From an uncultured virus (IMG/VR IMGVR_UViG_3300028577_000007) (lineage: Duplodnaviria > Heunggongvirae > Uroviricota > Caudoviricetes): a DNA stretch of 64,000 nt. Shown in pieces: positions 18,530 to 28,179 of this stretch. Location: the IMG/VR virus record IMGVR_UViG_3300028577_000007; one strand, written 5' to 3'. The notes under the pieces are model-generated. The model ran no database searches, had not been told where the DNA came from, and worked only from the letters and a program-made list of their open reading frames with translations. How positions within the stretch are numbered: position 1 is the first letter of the stretch; every line of letters begins with the position of its first letter. Both the position numbers and the translations under genes were made by a program.

Positions 18530-20097
18530 CGCTTCCTCCGCTTCCAGAGCGCAGATCCGAGCAGCCCCACGCCGAGCGCGAGCACGCCGTAGTTCAAGAG
18601 ATCGGAGAGGTTCTGGCCGGTCTTCTGCGCTTGACTAAGCGCCGCCCCGCGCGCGATCTGAGCGGCGTTGAGATCTGCAACCGAGAGCCGCAGGGTGTCG
18701 TGCACGGCCTTCTCTGCGGCGACGGAGGCAGCGGTCTTCACGAGATCGCCGATGACCGTGACCGACAAGATCCGGAGCGCCTGCACCGCCTGCTGTTCCT
18801 GATTTACAGCCACCTGCAAGGCGACCCGATAAGCGTAGAGATCGTAGGAGTCATCGAGCGGAAGACTGCACTCGGTCTGCCGCTGCGCCGGCGGGATCCA
18901 GAGCGCGCCGCGCGCCAGGAAAGCTGCCACCGTGCGATCGTATCCGCCCGCGTCGATGCCGGGAGGGAGCGGCGGGTAGGGGCAACCGAAGCTGAACGGG
19001 CAGCCGTAGTTGTACACGGTCGTGCGGATCGGTTGCGTCGCGCCCGCCGGATAGATTTCCCAATTCTGGTGGCTCACCGGGATGGCGCGATTCGCGGTCG
19101 TGACCGGTCCTGAAAAGGTGCGGGTCGCCGGATCCCAGCTGAGAGAAAATGCGCCGCCGAGCGGCGTGTATGTCTCGGTCCCGTACCACCGGAGACCGAA
19201 GCGCCAACCGACTTGGTTCACTTCGGCGACCTCCCACTGGAGCTCGGTTGCGAGGATCAGCTGATCGAAGATCTGCCAGTAGATCGCGCGCGCCGACGAG
19301 CAAGCGGCGTTCGCTTGATCCCGCATGGCCTGCTCAGCTGCTCGAAACTGACTCAGCAGCTCCGCCGTCGTCGGATGGTTGGTCGCGCCGAAGATCTGCC
19401 CAATCGTGCCGCCCACGTAGCCGCCCGCGAGCCCGCCGATGAAGGCGCCGATCGGAGCCGGCACCCCGAAGGCTTGCCCCACGATGGCGCCGGCGATAGC
19501 GCCTGCGGTCGTGCCGATCGCCTCACACTCGGACTCGGACAATTTCCCGTCCATCAGCGCGTCAACGACGACGGTCATCGACCGCGGATCGATCCCAGTC
19601 TCCATCACGACCGCGGTGCAGGCGAGATCGACCGCGACCGATTTCAGATCTTTGAGGTTACTCGGCCAGGTCGGCGGGATCGTGATCCCGAGCTCGGAGG
19701 CGGCGACGGACGCAGCGTAGGCGGCGAGCTGGTCTTCTGCCTCCTTCGTCGTCGTCGGGTAGCCGTTCGCCTTGGCGTAGGCGATGAGCGCCGACTTCAT
19801 CAGCGCAATGCACTTTTTCGGATCCCTCAGATCGTCGAGATTGAAGCCGGGGATAGCGTCGAAATAAGCCTTGTACTCATTGAACTGCAGCAGCACTTGC
19901 GCCGCCGACGGGTAGTTGTTCAGCTGCTGCTCGGCGAACGCGATGGCTTGCGCCTTGCTCGCGTCCAGCATCTGCTGGCCTGTGGCCTGGGCCTGAGCCT
20001 TGAGCTGCTGCTGATAGGCCTTCGCCGCCGCGGTCGGGCTCGGCACGAGATCGTCGTAGCCCGCGTAGCCGCGCTTGGGCACGTAGGCGTACGACAT
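18526..20097 (-). CDS. 523-aa tail-anchored protein with internal glycine-zipper hairpin
   Basis: GTTAGAIAGAIVGQAFGVPAPIGAFIGGLAGGYVGGTIG; C-terminal TM plus KRRKR. Confidence 0.7.
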   Translation of the reverse strand: MSYAYVPKRGYAGYDDLVPSPTAAAKAYQQQLKAQAQATGQQMLDASKAQAIAFAEQQLNNYPSAAQVLLQFNEYKAYFDAIPGFNLDDLRDPKKCIALMKSALIAYAKANGYPTTTKEAEDQLAAYAASVAASELGITIPPTWPSNLKDLKSVAVDLACTAVVMETGIDPRSMTVVVDALMDGKLSESECEAIGTTAGAIAGAIVGQAFGVPAPIGAFIGGLAGGYVGGTIGQIFGATNHPTTAELLSQFRAAEQAMRDQANAACSSARAIYWQIFDQLILATELQWEVAEVNQVGWRFGLRWYGTETYTPLGGAFSLSWDPATRTFSGPVTTANRAIPVSHQNWEIYPAGATQPIRTTVYNYGCPFSFGCPYPPLPPGIDAGGYDRTVAAFLARGALWIPPAQRQTECSLPLDDSYDLYAYRVALQVAVNQEQQAVQALRILSVTVIGDLVKTAASVAAEKAVHDTLRLSVADLNAAQIARGAALSQAQKTGQNLSDLLNYGVLALGVGLLGSALWKRRKR

Positions 20098-20100
20098 AGT

Positions 20101-20667
20101 TCAGCCTACGATCCCGTCTTTTTCCACTCCGAGGATGTCACCCGTGATGATCGCGCACAAATCGCTCTGCGTGTAGACGATGAGAAAGGTCTCGTTCGTG
20201 GTGGGGTGAACGGCCGCTCCCACGTACGCGCGCGCGATGCAAATGTTGTAGTACTCGTCCGAGAGCACGAACTCGGACGTGTCGTCCTCGGGCTCGGCGT
20301 ACGGCTGAAACTGCAGACCCAGGATGGGCGCGAGCTCGGCGATGGCCGTCGGCATCTTCTTCGGCAACTCGATCTCCTCGGAGGGAAAATCGAGCTTCCG
20401 GCGCGACGTGTAGTCGCACAGAAACCCGGGCTTCACGAAGAGCTTCTGCGGGCCTTCGGCGACGTGCTTGTAGTCCTGGTAGTCGCCGCGCTTCTTCCAC
20501 TTGTCGCTCGTGTACTGCACGGCCTCCGATTGGCCGACGCAGTAGAGCTTCTTCGGCCACGACCAATGGATCGGGACCTTCTTCTCCATCTTGCGATCGA
20601 CGAAGGTCTCCCGGAGCCGCTTGGCGGCTTCCATGTCGGAGCGGTTGACGAGGAGGCGGCGAGCCAT
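20101..20667 (-). CDS. Hypothetical protein
   Basis: 188-aa soluble ORF in operon. Confidence 0.65.
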   Translation of the reverse strand: MARRLLVNRSDMEAAKRLRETFVDRKMEKKVPIHWSWPKKLYCVGQSEAVQYTSDKWKKRGDYQDYKHVAEGPQKLFVKPGFLCDYTSRRKLDFPSEEIELPKKMPTAIAELAPILGLQFQPYAEPEDDTSEFVLSDEYYNICIARAYVGAAVHPTTNETFLIVYTQSDLCAIITGDILGVEKDGIVG

Positions 20668-20672
20668 GTGGG

Positions 20673-21023
20673 TCAGCGCGGGTATTGCCGCTCGAGGCGC
20701 TTCTCGAACTTCTCTTTTGCCTGTTCGATCATGCCGATGATGGTCTGGAGCTTCGCCTTCGTGGCCTCACCGTGCTCATCCGTGAACGCGAACCACCCTC
20801 CGGAGCGACCCGTCTGGTACCAGCGGCCCGTCCATGGGTATCGCTTCTTGAGGGCGCGCCCGAGCTGAATCAGCGCGTCCTGCGCTTCGTAATCGAACTC
20901 GTCTGCCGTCATGTCGACGCCGAGCGGCGGGATCTTGATGTCGAACTCGTACTCGACGCCCGGATCCCCGATCTTCTTACGAGAATCGTACCGGCACTCT
21001 GAATCTAGCGTGATCCTTCGCAT
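20673..21023 (-). CDS. Hypothetical protein
   Basis: Start ATG 21023 (MRRITLD) coupled to upstream stop; TGRSGGW. Confidence 0.6.
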   Translation of the reverse strand: MRRITLDSECRYDSRKKIGDPGVEYEFDIKIPPLGVDMTADEFDYEAQDALIQLGRALKKRYPWTGRWYQTGRSGGWFAFTDEHGEATKAKLQTIIGMIEQAKEKFEKRLERQYPR

Positions 21024-21352
21024 CAGCGCCTCGCCTTCCCCAGCAAAAATCCAAGACCGAGGCCCACGAGCACCGCTGCCCCAAGCTTCACCGGCGCGCT
21101 CGACCAATCGAGCCCGAGCCCCATGAGCCCGGACTTGTTCATGGGGGCGACCATGCCGCGAGCGAGCGGGCCCGATCCAATGAGCTGAGCGTCCCCCGGG
21201 ATCGCGCGCCCGATGTCAGTGGACGCGACTCCGAGCTCGGTGGTGTTCGAGAGACGGGGGACGGGCAGATCATCGCCGAGCCCGTAGCGCGTGCTCGGGC
21301 TGTCGAAGTAGTCGTACCCGCCCGTGTCTGGGCGCCAGCGAGAAAAGATCAT
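21023..21352 (-). CDS. Tail-anchored protein (GLG motifs)
   Basis: YGLGDD, LMGLG; TM plus KARR. Confidence 0.65.
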   Translation of the reverse strand: MIFSRWRPDTGGYDYFDSPSTRYGLGDDLPVPRLSNTTELGVASTDIGRAIPGDAQLIGSGPLARGMVAPMNKSGLMGLGLDWSSAPVKLGAAVLVGLGLGFLLGKARR

Positions 21353-21364
21353 GCGCGTTCGGGG

Positions 21365-21856
21365 TTACTCCCCTTCAGGAGTCTCGTAGTACGTCACGAA
21401 CACCGTGCCCGAGCTCTCGGCATCGGTCGAGTGCACCGTGACGGTGTTGTCGCTCGTCACCTCTGCACGCAGAAACCCGGGGCTTGCCCCGAAGGTCACG
21501 TACGTGCAGTGAAACCAGCCGCCCGGGTTTACGTCGAAGCCGTTTTGAGATCCGACGCCGGAGGCGAGCGTGATGACCGCCATCTGCACGACCGCGACGA
21601 AGCGACCATCGACGGTGCTCGAGCCGATGCCGTCGATGACGTTGTCATTGCCGGAGGTGTCTTCGGCGATGGCGATAGCGAGGTTCTTTTTGAGCTTGTA
21701 GAAGCGGTTCGAGTTCCGGACGTAGAAGAGAGCCGCGTCCGGATAGTCGTTGACATTTTGGCCGCGGAGGGACTGGCCATCCGCGCCGGTTGCGCCAATC
21801 GAGTCAACGATCGTTAGGCGCTTGCCGACTGCAATCTGGACGCTAGCTGAGTTCAT
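21365..21856 (-). CDS. Beta-rich putative spike/vertex protein, paralog A
   Basis: Aligns by eye with 21895-22374 (KRLT.V..IG...DG.SL.GQNVN.YP...LFYVR.SNRFY). Confidence 0.65.
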   Translation of the reverse strand: MNSASVQIAVGKRLTIVDSIGATGADGQSLRGQNVNDYPDAALFYVRNSNRFYKLKKNLAIAIAEDTSGNDNVIDGIGSSTVDGRFVAVVQMAVITLASGVGSQNGFDVNPGGWFHCTYVTFGASPGFLRAEVTSDNTVTVHSTDAESSGTVFVTYYETPEGE

Positions 21857-21894
21857 GGGGAACTATCCTTGTTGCTTCTGGGCCCGCTCTGGGC

Positions 21895-22374
21895 TCAGGA
21901 CTCTGCCGGGCTCTCCACGAAGACCACGAGCACCGTGCTCGTGTCCGCGCCGGAGGAGGAGGCCACCGTCGCGAGGTTCGGGGCGCTCTTCAATGCGTGC
22001 AAGAACCCCTGCGTGCCGCCGGCCGTCACGTAGGAGACCAGGAAGAAGCCGTTGCTCGAGAGATCGAAGCCCGCGATGGTGGCGCCTCCCGCCGACAGCG
22101 TGGCCGTAGCCCACTGTTGCACCGCGACGAAGCGGCCGGCCGCGGCAGACGATCCGACGCCGTCGACCACGTTGAAGGCTCCGGTGGCGACGACGGCGCC
22201 GTCGATGTTTTTCCGCAGCTGGTAGAAGCGGTTCGAGGCACGCACGTAGAAGAGCGAGCCCGCGGGGTAGTTGTTGACGTTCTGACCAGCGAGCGAATCG
22301 CCATCGGCGGTGGTGCCGATGTGTTCGACGACGGTGAGACGTTTGGCGACGGCGAGGAGGCTGAGATCGGTCAT
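21895..22374 (-). CDS. Beta-rich putative spike/vertex protein, paralog B
   Basis: Paralog of 21365-21856. Confidence 0.65.
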   Translation of the reverse strand: MTDLSLLAVAKRLTVVEHIGTTADGDSLAGQNVNNYPAGSLFYVRASNRFYQLRKNIDGAVVATGAFNVVDGVGSSAAAGRFVAVQQWATATLSAGGATIAGFDLSSNGFFLVSYVTAGGTQGFLHALKSAPNLATVASSSGADTSTVLVVFVESPAES

Positions 22375-22452
22375 GATGTGTTCCTTTACGTGGTTTCTTT
22401 TTTCGGTGAGCAGGTTTTTTTTGATCAGACGGGGTCGCCCGGAAGGTACATC

Positions 22453-23358
22453 CTACGCGGCCTCTTTTTTGGTGAGCAAGTTTTTGATCAGGTATGGGGC
22501 CGCCAAGTAGAGCGCGTAGATCGCGACCCCGCCGATCGCGTAGGGCACGAGGGCCGTCAACGTGTCTTTGATGGCATTCGGGATGGCGGTCCCGGCGTTC
22601 TTGTTCGGGTCGGTGAGCGTCGCAATGCACTGCTGGGTCGTGGCCGCGTCGCCGGACGCCTGCGCCTTGGTGCAGATTTGCGCGACGGTCGCGTTCTTTT
22701 TCGAGAGATCGATGACCGACACCAGCACCCAGGCGATGCACGCCACGATAGCGATCGTGACCACGACGGCGGCGACCAAAAGCGCGGGCGCAATCCCAAG
22801 CCCGCTTGCTGGAGCCGCGGGGGTTCCTGGCGCCTGGGACTCATCGATCCCGAGCGCCTTGTAGAGCCCGAGCGTCCGCAGCATCACGAGCGCATTCATG
22901 GTGCCGACCGCGACGTTCGCGTGGGCGGCGATTTCCGCGTCCGACATGCCCGAGTGGTGGATCGTCTCGTCCGAGTGGAGAAGGAAGGCGTAGTCGGCCG
23001 CCTGATAGGCATGGCTCACGAGGTAGCGGATCGCTTCACGGCTGAGCCCGACCTGGAGCTGCATCAAGTCGGCGTTCGGGAGACCGACGAGCGGGAGCAC
23101 GCTCGAGGCGATCGACTGCAGCAGGGATTCGTTCAGGGAATAGGCCTGCTGGTTGCCCGCCAGATCGGTGCCCACGTCGAAGGTCATCCCGCCGACGTTC
23201 GCGATCATCGCGCTCAGAGCGGGCGCCATGTAGTTGTCGATGTAGTCCCGATCCCAGACGGATCCTCGCCCGGAGGCCGCGAGCGTTGCCCAGTCGATGC
23301 CCTTGAGCCCGAATTTCGTGACGGCGAGCTCAGCGAGGTCGTAGACCGATGCGATCAC
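22453..23358 (-). CDS. Membrane protein with two TM segments (ASGLG)
   Basis: 301 aa; TM helices flank a Cys pair. Confidence 0.65.
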   Translation of the reverse strand: MIASVYDLAELAVTKFGLKGIDWATLAASGRGSVWDRDYIDNYMAPALSAMIANVGGMTFDVGTDLAGNQQAYSLNESLLQSIASSVLPLVGLPNADLMQLQVGLSREAIRYLVSHAYQAADYAFLLHSDETIHHSGMSDAEIAAHANVAVGTMNALVMLRTLGLYKALGIDESQAPGTPAAPASGLGIAPALLVAAVVVTIAIVACIAWVLVSVIDLSKKNATVAQICTKAQASGDAATTQQCIATLTDPNKNAGTAIPNAIKDTLTALVPYAIGGVAIYALYLAAPYLIKNLLTKKEAA

Positions 23359-23362
23359 TTCC

Positions 23363-23824
23363 TTAGGCTCCCGCTCCGTGCGTCTTCTTCCACCGCTTGT
23401 AGCTCACGTAGCTCGTCGCGAGCGCCGCGAGCGCAATGCCGCCGTACACGTACGGGTGCACCTGATTGAACGGTAACGTCACGTCTGCTCGGAGCGAGCT
23501 CACCGGATCGCCGGCGAGGAGGAAGCGCTTGACCGCGCCCGGGGCCTGAGCCGAAATCGCGCTCATCTCGGTCGCGTCGATCGCGCCCATGCCGCTCACT
23601 TCCACGTAGGAGCTCTTCGTCGGGGAATTACCGAGCCCCTGGAGCGTCCCGTCTTGAAAGTACCCGAACTCGTCGTACGGCGCGCGGAAGTGCGCAATGT
23701 CGACGTACGATCGACCTTGGGGCCAACCGCTGCGGTCGAGCTTCGCCGCGCCGAGGCCCTGAAGGACCGCGTTCTCGAAGGGCGCGTAGGCGTGCGAGCG
23801 ATCCACGTACAGGCGGCGAGTCAT
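23363..23824 (-). CDS. Tail-anchored protein (GLG motifs)
   Basis: Start ATG 23824; LQGLG twice, VSGMG; TM plus KRWKK. Confidence 0.65.
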   Translation of the reverse strand: MTRRLYVDRSHAYAPFENAVLQGLGAAKLDRSGWPQGRSYVDIAHFRAPYDEFGYFQDGTLQGLGNSPTKSSYVEVSGMGAIDATEMSAISAQAPGAVKRFLLAGDPVSSLRADVTLPFNQVHPYVYGGIALAALATSYVSYKRWKKTHGAGA

Positions 23825-24597
23825 CAGACCATCCCCTTCTTCTTCGCGTAGTAGTAGAGGCCGCCTGCTGCGAGGAGCGCGACTCCCCCCATCGCGAGGC
23901 TTGCGGTCGAGATCGGTTTCTTCGTCGGGATGACGATAGGTTGAGCGCCAGGCGTCGCAGGCGGCGCCGAGACGACGGCGGACACGCGCTTCGTCGGCAG
24001 CGTGAAGCTCGTGCAGGCGCCGCCGTACTGGCACAGGTAGCCGGTGCTGGCGACCTGATCGAGGAGCTTCATCGCCCCGCAGGTGGCGGGCCCGAGCTTC
24101 GAGTCGGCCGTGATGGGGTTATATCCGTTGGCCGCGAGCTGCGTGTTGGCGAGGTTCTGGAAAGCGAGGGTCGCAGGCGACGCCGTGCCGGCGGGGAGCT
24201 TCTGAGCGGAGCTCGCGCACGACGGATCCGTGTTGCCTTGCACGTAGGCGGATGTTTTGTTCGCGAGGAGCGGGACCGTGTAGGCCTGCCCATCGCACGC
24301 TGTGTGCACCTGCATCGCGAGCGCGTCGTCCCAGTTGCTCGCGGCCGTATCGAACGACTCTGGCATCGAGTCGAAGAGGTGGCTTGCGCCGCACGTGCCC
24401 TTGCCGAGTTTCCCGTCGACCGCGATCTGTGAGAACCCCATCTTCACGAGCGAGGTGTTCATCATGGCCTGGTAGCGCTGCACGTCCGGATCGACGACCT
24501 CCGACCCGAACGTCGTCATGCCGAGCGTGCCGTCGCGATAGGCGCGCGACGCCCCGAGGGGGCGAGCGAGCTGCTGACGCGGATTGAAGATACTCAT
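23824..24597 (-). CDS. Tail-anchored protein with two peptidoglycan-binding-like repeats
   Basis: Q..N..L...G...I.VDGKLG..TCGA twice; ends GGLYYYAKKKGMV. Confidence 0.75.
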   Translation of the reverse strand: MSIFNPRQQLARPLGASRAYRDGTLGMTTFGSEVVDPDVQRYQAMMNTSLVKMGFSQIAVDGKLGKGTCGASHLFDSMPESFDTAASNWDDALAMQVHTACDGQAYTVPLLANKTSAYVQGNTDPSCASSAQKLPAGTASPATLAFQNLANTQLAANGYNPITADSKLGPATCGAMKLLDQVASTGYLCQYGGACTSFTLPTKRVSAVVSAPPATPGAQPIVIPTKKPISTASLAMGGVALLAAGGLYYYAKKKGMV

Positions 24598-24600
24598 CGC

Positions 24601-25698
24601 TCAGACCATTCCTTTTTTCTTCGCGTAGTAGTAGAGGCCACCGGCGGCGAGGAGCCCGAGTCCTCCGACGAGCATCGTGGCGCTCGATATGGGATGCGTG
24701 CTGGGCGGCGTCGGGGCGGGAGGAGCGCCGGGAGGCGGCGGGGAGCCCTTCGGCGCCGTGCCGGGCGTGGAGTTCGCGGGCTTCTTCGTGGGCGACGTGA
24801 AGGCCTGGCAGTTCGCGCCGGTCTCCGTCATGAGGTCTTGCCCCATGTTCGCTTTCATCCACTGCATCGCGCCGCACGTGGCGGCGTCGAGCACGCCCGT
24901 CACCGGGATCGGTAGGTAGCCGGCGGCGTCGAGCGACTGATTGATCTGCTGCTGCGTGGAGGCGAGCGTCGGTGAGGCCACGCCCCAAGCGGGCACCGTC
25001 GGCGTCGTGATGCCGTCGGAGACCTGGAGCACGACGGTCTGCTCGGGCACGGTTTTGCCGACCATGGTGGGGTTCGTCCAGGCGGTGCAGTAGGCCGCGA
25101 GGTTATTGTCGGTGTAGACCGAGGACCACTTCATCTGGCTCACATAGAGAGCCGCTCCGCACGTCGCTGGGCCGAGCTTCCCGTCGACCGTGATGGGCTT
25201 GAAGTTGTTCGCGACGAGCGCTGCGTTCGTGGTCTTTTGGATCGCGGTCACTTGCGCCGCGGTGAGGCCACCCGCTTGCGTCGTCGGCAGCGTCGCGGGG
25301 CAATACTTCGGCACGCAGTTTTGGATCGAGTACTGATCGGCATAGATGTCCGTGCACGTGTCCATGTCGCCGCCGAAGTTCGCGGCAGCGTCGCCGCCCT
25401 GGCAGTCCTTCTGCGCCTGCGCGAACCACGTCGCGTGGCAATCCTGAAAGCCCGCCACGTCCCAGCAGGCGCCAGGGATCGTACTGGCGAGCCCGAGCGC
25501 GCTCAGGCCTCGGAGCCCCGAGAGGGCGGCGTTCGAGAAGTACTCGCCCATGGGGCCCTGCTGCACGACGCCCGCGCGACCGATTTGGCGCTGGTAGGCG
25601 GGCGCGCGCGAGCGGCCGCCTTGAATGGGCGAGTAGTTCGGGAGCACGCTGCCGCTGAGCGGGCGCGCGTGAGGACTCTTGGGGCTGAAGATGCTCAT
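24601..25698 (-). CDS. Tail-anchored protein with Cys domain and two peptidoglycan-binding-like repeats
   Basis: ITVDGKLGPATCGA, IPVTGVLDAATCGA; same C-terminus as 23824-24597. Confidence 0.75.
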   Translation of the reverse strand: MSIFSPKSPHARPLSGSVLPNYSPIQGGRSRAPAYQRQIGRAGVVQQGPMGEYFSNAALSGLRGLSALGLASTIPGACWDVAGFQDCHATWFAQAQKDCQGGDAAANFGGDMDTCTDIYADQYSIQNCVPKYCPATLPTTQAGGLTAAQVTAIQKTTNAALVANNFKPITVDGKLGPATCGAALYVSQMKWSSVYTDNNLAAYCTAWTNPTMVGKTVPEQTVVLQVSDGITTPTVPAWGVASPTLASTQQQINQSLDAAGYLPIPVTGVLDAATCGAMQWMKANMGQDLMTETGANCQAFTSPTKKPANSTPGTAPKGSPPPPGAPPAPTPPSTHPISSATMLVGGLGLLAAGGLYYYAKKKGMV

Positions 25699-25702
25699 GG
25701 GG

Positions 25703-26455
25703 TTAGCCTCGGCGCTTCTTGATGTAGTAGACGGCTCCGACTGCGAGCAGTCCGCCGCCCAGGAACCCGAGCACCTTTTTGGTGTTCGAGGAAAGGATCG
25801 GGAGCGAGCTCGTGACGGGCGTCATCGCGGCTGTCGTCGGCTTCGATGCCGTGGGGACCGCGGGACCCGTGCCGCAGCCGGCGCTCGATTGGTTCGGGAA
25901 CTTCGTGTCCTGGCACGTCGTCGGGTAGCTGACGGGAGCGCCTGGGTCGAGGCCGCCCACGCTGAGCACGGCGCCGCACGTCGCGGGACCGAGTTTCCCG
26001 TCGGCGATGATCGGGCAGAAGCCGTACTTCAAGAGCTTCTGGTTCAGGGAGTTTTGGATCTGCAGCGTCTGCGCGCTGTATTTGCCGTAGGGGTAGTTCG
26101 CCTGATCGGAGGCGGTCGCCGTGATGTCGCCGAGGGTCTTGGCTTGCGGCGATCCGAGCGACGGCGCGCCCGAGAGGTTTCCGTCGAAGACGCCGCCGCC
26201 GTAGCCGCCCGGACGAAAGATCCCGTCGCCGACATCGGTTGCTTGGTCATTGCCGAGGCCGGAGTATCCGCCCGGCGGTCTGTCTGGGATCATGTCGATG
26301 TCTCGCGGTGGGAGGAAGACGGTGCTCGTCTGCTGGATCTGAGGGAACTTAAACGCAGGGCGCGACCAGATCCCTCCATGGAAGCGCGTGGGGTAGGGGT
26401 TCACGTGCATGGTGAAGGGCGTCGGGACGCCAGCGGGGTATCCGGGGCCTTTCAC
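25703..26455 (-). CDS. Tail-anchored protein with one peptidoglycan-binding-like repeat
   Basis: GTG start 26455; YSGLG; IIADGKLGPATCGA; TM plus KKRR. Confidence 0.7.
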   Translation of the reverse strand: MKGPGYPAGVPTPFTMHVNPYPTRFHGGIWSRPAFKFPQIQQTSTVFLPPRDIDMIPDRPPGGYSGLGNDQATDVGDGIFRPGGYGGGVFDGNLSGAPSLGSPQAKTLGDITATASDQANYPYGKYSAQTLQIQNSLNQKLLKYGFCPIIADGKLGPATCGAVLSVGGLDPGAPVSYPTTCQDTKFPNQSSAGCGTGPAVPTASKPTTAAMTPVTSSLPILSSNTKKVLGFLGGGLLAVGAVYYIKKRRG

Positions 26456-27009
26456 TTGTGCTCCAGCGCGATGATGGCCTCGATGCCGAGCCCGAACGGT
26501 CCCCCAAGGAGCCCCGCCGCGACGCCCCACCAGGCGTATTTCGATTCCTTGTCGCGGCTCGGCGCGACGGCCTTGCCGACGTAGTACGAGCCGACGCCAG
26601 TGAGCACGAGCCCGACCGCGACCGCTGCCACGAGGAGCCCGCTCGCTCCGGCGACCGCGGTGCCGGTCTGCACGCCAGCAGGCGTCGCTGGCGCGGGCGC
26701 CGCGTCGTCACCGAGCCCGCTCATGGCGCGGAAGCCTCGGATGAGCGGCGAGCCCGAGAGCACGCGACCGAGGACGCCGTTGTTCATGGCGGAGGGAGTC
26801 GGCATCTGGTAGAGGCGCGAGTAAGCCCCGATGCCGTCAGGGGACGCGCCGAGCGGCGCGAGCGGGTAAGCCGCGGGGTTATATTGAGGGGGAGGCGCGG
26901 CGCCGTAGCCCGCGTTCGCCTGCACGAGCGTGTCGTGCCGCGCCGGAAACTGTTGCCCCTGGCTCACGACGGCCGGGGCCGAATCTTCATCGTCAGTGTA
27001 GTCGAACAT
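26452..27009 (-). CDS. Membrane protein (MSGLG) with two C-terminal TM helices
   Basis: 185 aa; Pro/Tyr-rich N-part before MSGLGDD. Confidence 0.65.
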   Translation of the reverse strand: MFDYTDDEDSAPAVVSQGQQFPARHDTLVQANAGYGAAPPPQYNPAAYPLAPLGASPDGIGAYSRLYQMPTPSAMNNGVLGRVLSGSPLIRGFRAMSGLGDDAAPAPATPAGVQTGTAVAGASGLLVAAVAVGLVLTGVGSYYVGKAVAPSRDKESKYAWWGVAAGLLGGPFGLGIEAIIALEHK

Positions 27010-27013
27010 CTTC

Positions 27014-27697
27014 TTACTTCTTCTTTCCGAAGAGCGCCCAGAGGGCGCCTGCTGCGGCGCCGACGAGGATCACCTTGCCGACGAGAGCTGCGGTGTTCGT
27101 GGGGACGGGAGCCGGCGCGTCGCCGAAGCCACCGATCCCCGCGATCGATTGCGGGTCCTGCATCCAGTCGGCGATGTTCACGCCGGGCATGGGAGCTGCC
27201 TCCTGCCAGCGCACGACGTTCTGGGGCGTCGAGTAGCGGCCCTGCTCGATGTAGGCGATCTGCGCCGCAGAATCGAGGCTGACCGCGCCCGAGGGGACCG
27301 CGATGACGCGGCGCCCGGTCGTGGCGTCCACGACCTCGGTCTTCGAGAACGGCACCTCGCGCGCGTGGTAGCCAGGGAGCGAGTAGCGCGCGGCCATGAT
27401 GCCCGCGTCGGGGTGAATGTTCGGGTGGGTGCCGGGCGGATCAAAGACGCCGTTGCCCTGCACGTCGTCCATCTCGGCGTAGACTTCGAGCTCGTTCTTG
27501 GCCCAGCCAGGATCGGCCGATTCGTCGGACACGTCGATACCGAGACCGGCGAGCCTTCGTCCGTAGCGCCGGTCGAAGGGGGCCTCGTAGTGCGGCGCGA
27601 GGTTACTCGTGTAGCGCGTGTCGCTCGGACCGACCTCGACCATCGACGGGAGATCGCCCGTGTAGGGCTGTGACGGGTAGTTCGGGTAGGAAGGCAT
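27014..27697 (-). CDS. Tail-anchored protein (LAGLG, IAGIG)
   Basis: 227 aa; ends GALWALFGKKK. Confidence 0.7.
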   Translation of the reverse strand: MPSYPNYPSQPYTGDLPSMVEVGPSDTRYTSNLAPHYEAPFDRRYGRRLAGLGIDVSDESADPGWAKNELEVYAEMDDVQGNGVFDPPGTHPNIHPDAGIMAARYSLPGYHAREVPFSKTEVVDATTGRRVIAVPSGAVSLDSAAQIAYIEQGRYSTPQNVVRWQEAAPMPGVNIADWMQDPQSIAGIGGFGDAPAPVPTNTAALVGKVILVGAAAGALWALFGKKK

Positions 27698-27715
27698 GAA
27701 CCGATCTTTCTTCTG

Positions 27716-28171
27716 TTATCCGGTCGCAACTTTGTAGACGATGACGGCCGCGAGCGTGAGCCCAAGGCATAGTCCCCAATGAGCCCCGACCGAGCGTGCG
27801 GCCTGAGCGACCGAAGCGGACGACACCAGAGGCGCGCAGTCAGTCCACTGCGCGGTGCCCCAGGCGCCCGTCTTGCTCTGGCGTGGGAGTTTTCCGCCGA
27901 CCGGCGTGGTGCCGGACGGACAAGGCGATGGAGCCGGGCAGGGCCTGGTATCGGCGACGGCGCATTGAGCCGCTTCTCCTGCGTTGCAGGCGAGCTGAGC
28001 TGTCTTCCACGTGCTGCCCTTGATGCAGGGGTAGCAGCTGCAGGCGGACCAATCCATTTGCTGACCTGCGGGCACGAAGGGACACGAGCGCGCGGTCCCC
28101 GCTGGACACACGAGCTCCGCATCTCCGAGACCGGAGATCGATCGAGCGTCGTAGGCCGCAGTGTAGCTCAT
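27716..28171 (-). CDS. Cys-rich tail-anchored protein, paralog A (ISGLG)
   Basis: Start ATG 28171; CPAG..RSCPFVPAGQQMDWS.CSC shared with 28180-28884. Confidence 0.7.
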   Translation of the reverse strand: MSYTAAYDARSISGLGDAELVCPAGTARSCPFVPAGQQMDWSACSCYPCIKGSTWKTAQLACNAGEAAQCAVADTRPCPAPSPCPSGTTPVGGKLPRQSKTGAWGTAQWTDCAPLVSSASVAQAARSVGAHWGLCLGLTLAAVIVYKVATG

Positions 28172-28179
28172 GGAGGCGC

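Noticed and set aside
19213..20868. 551-aa and other long plus-strand ORFs across 1-57000
   Set aside because: Antisense shadows of tightly coupled minus-strand genes with recognisable motifs
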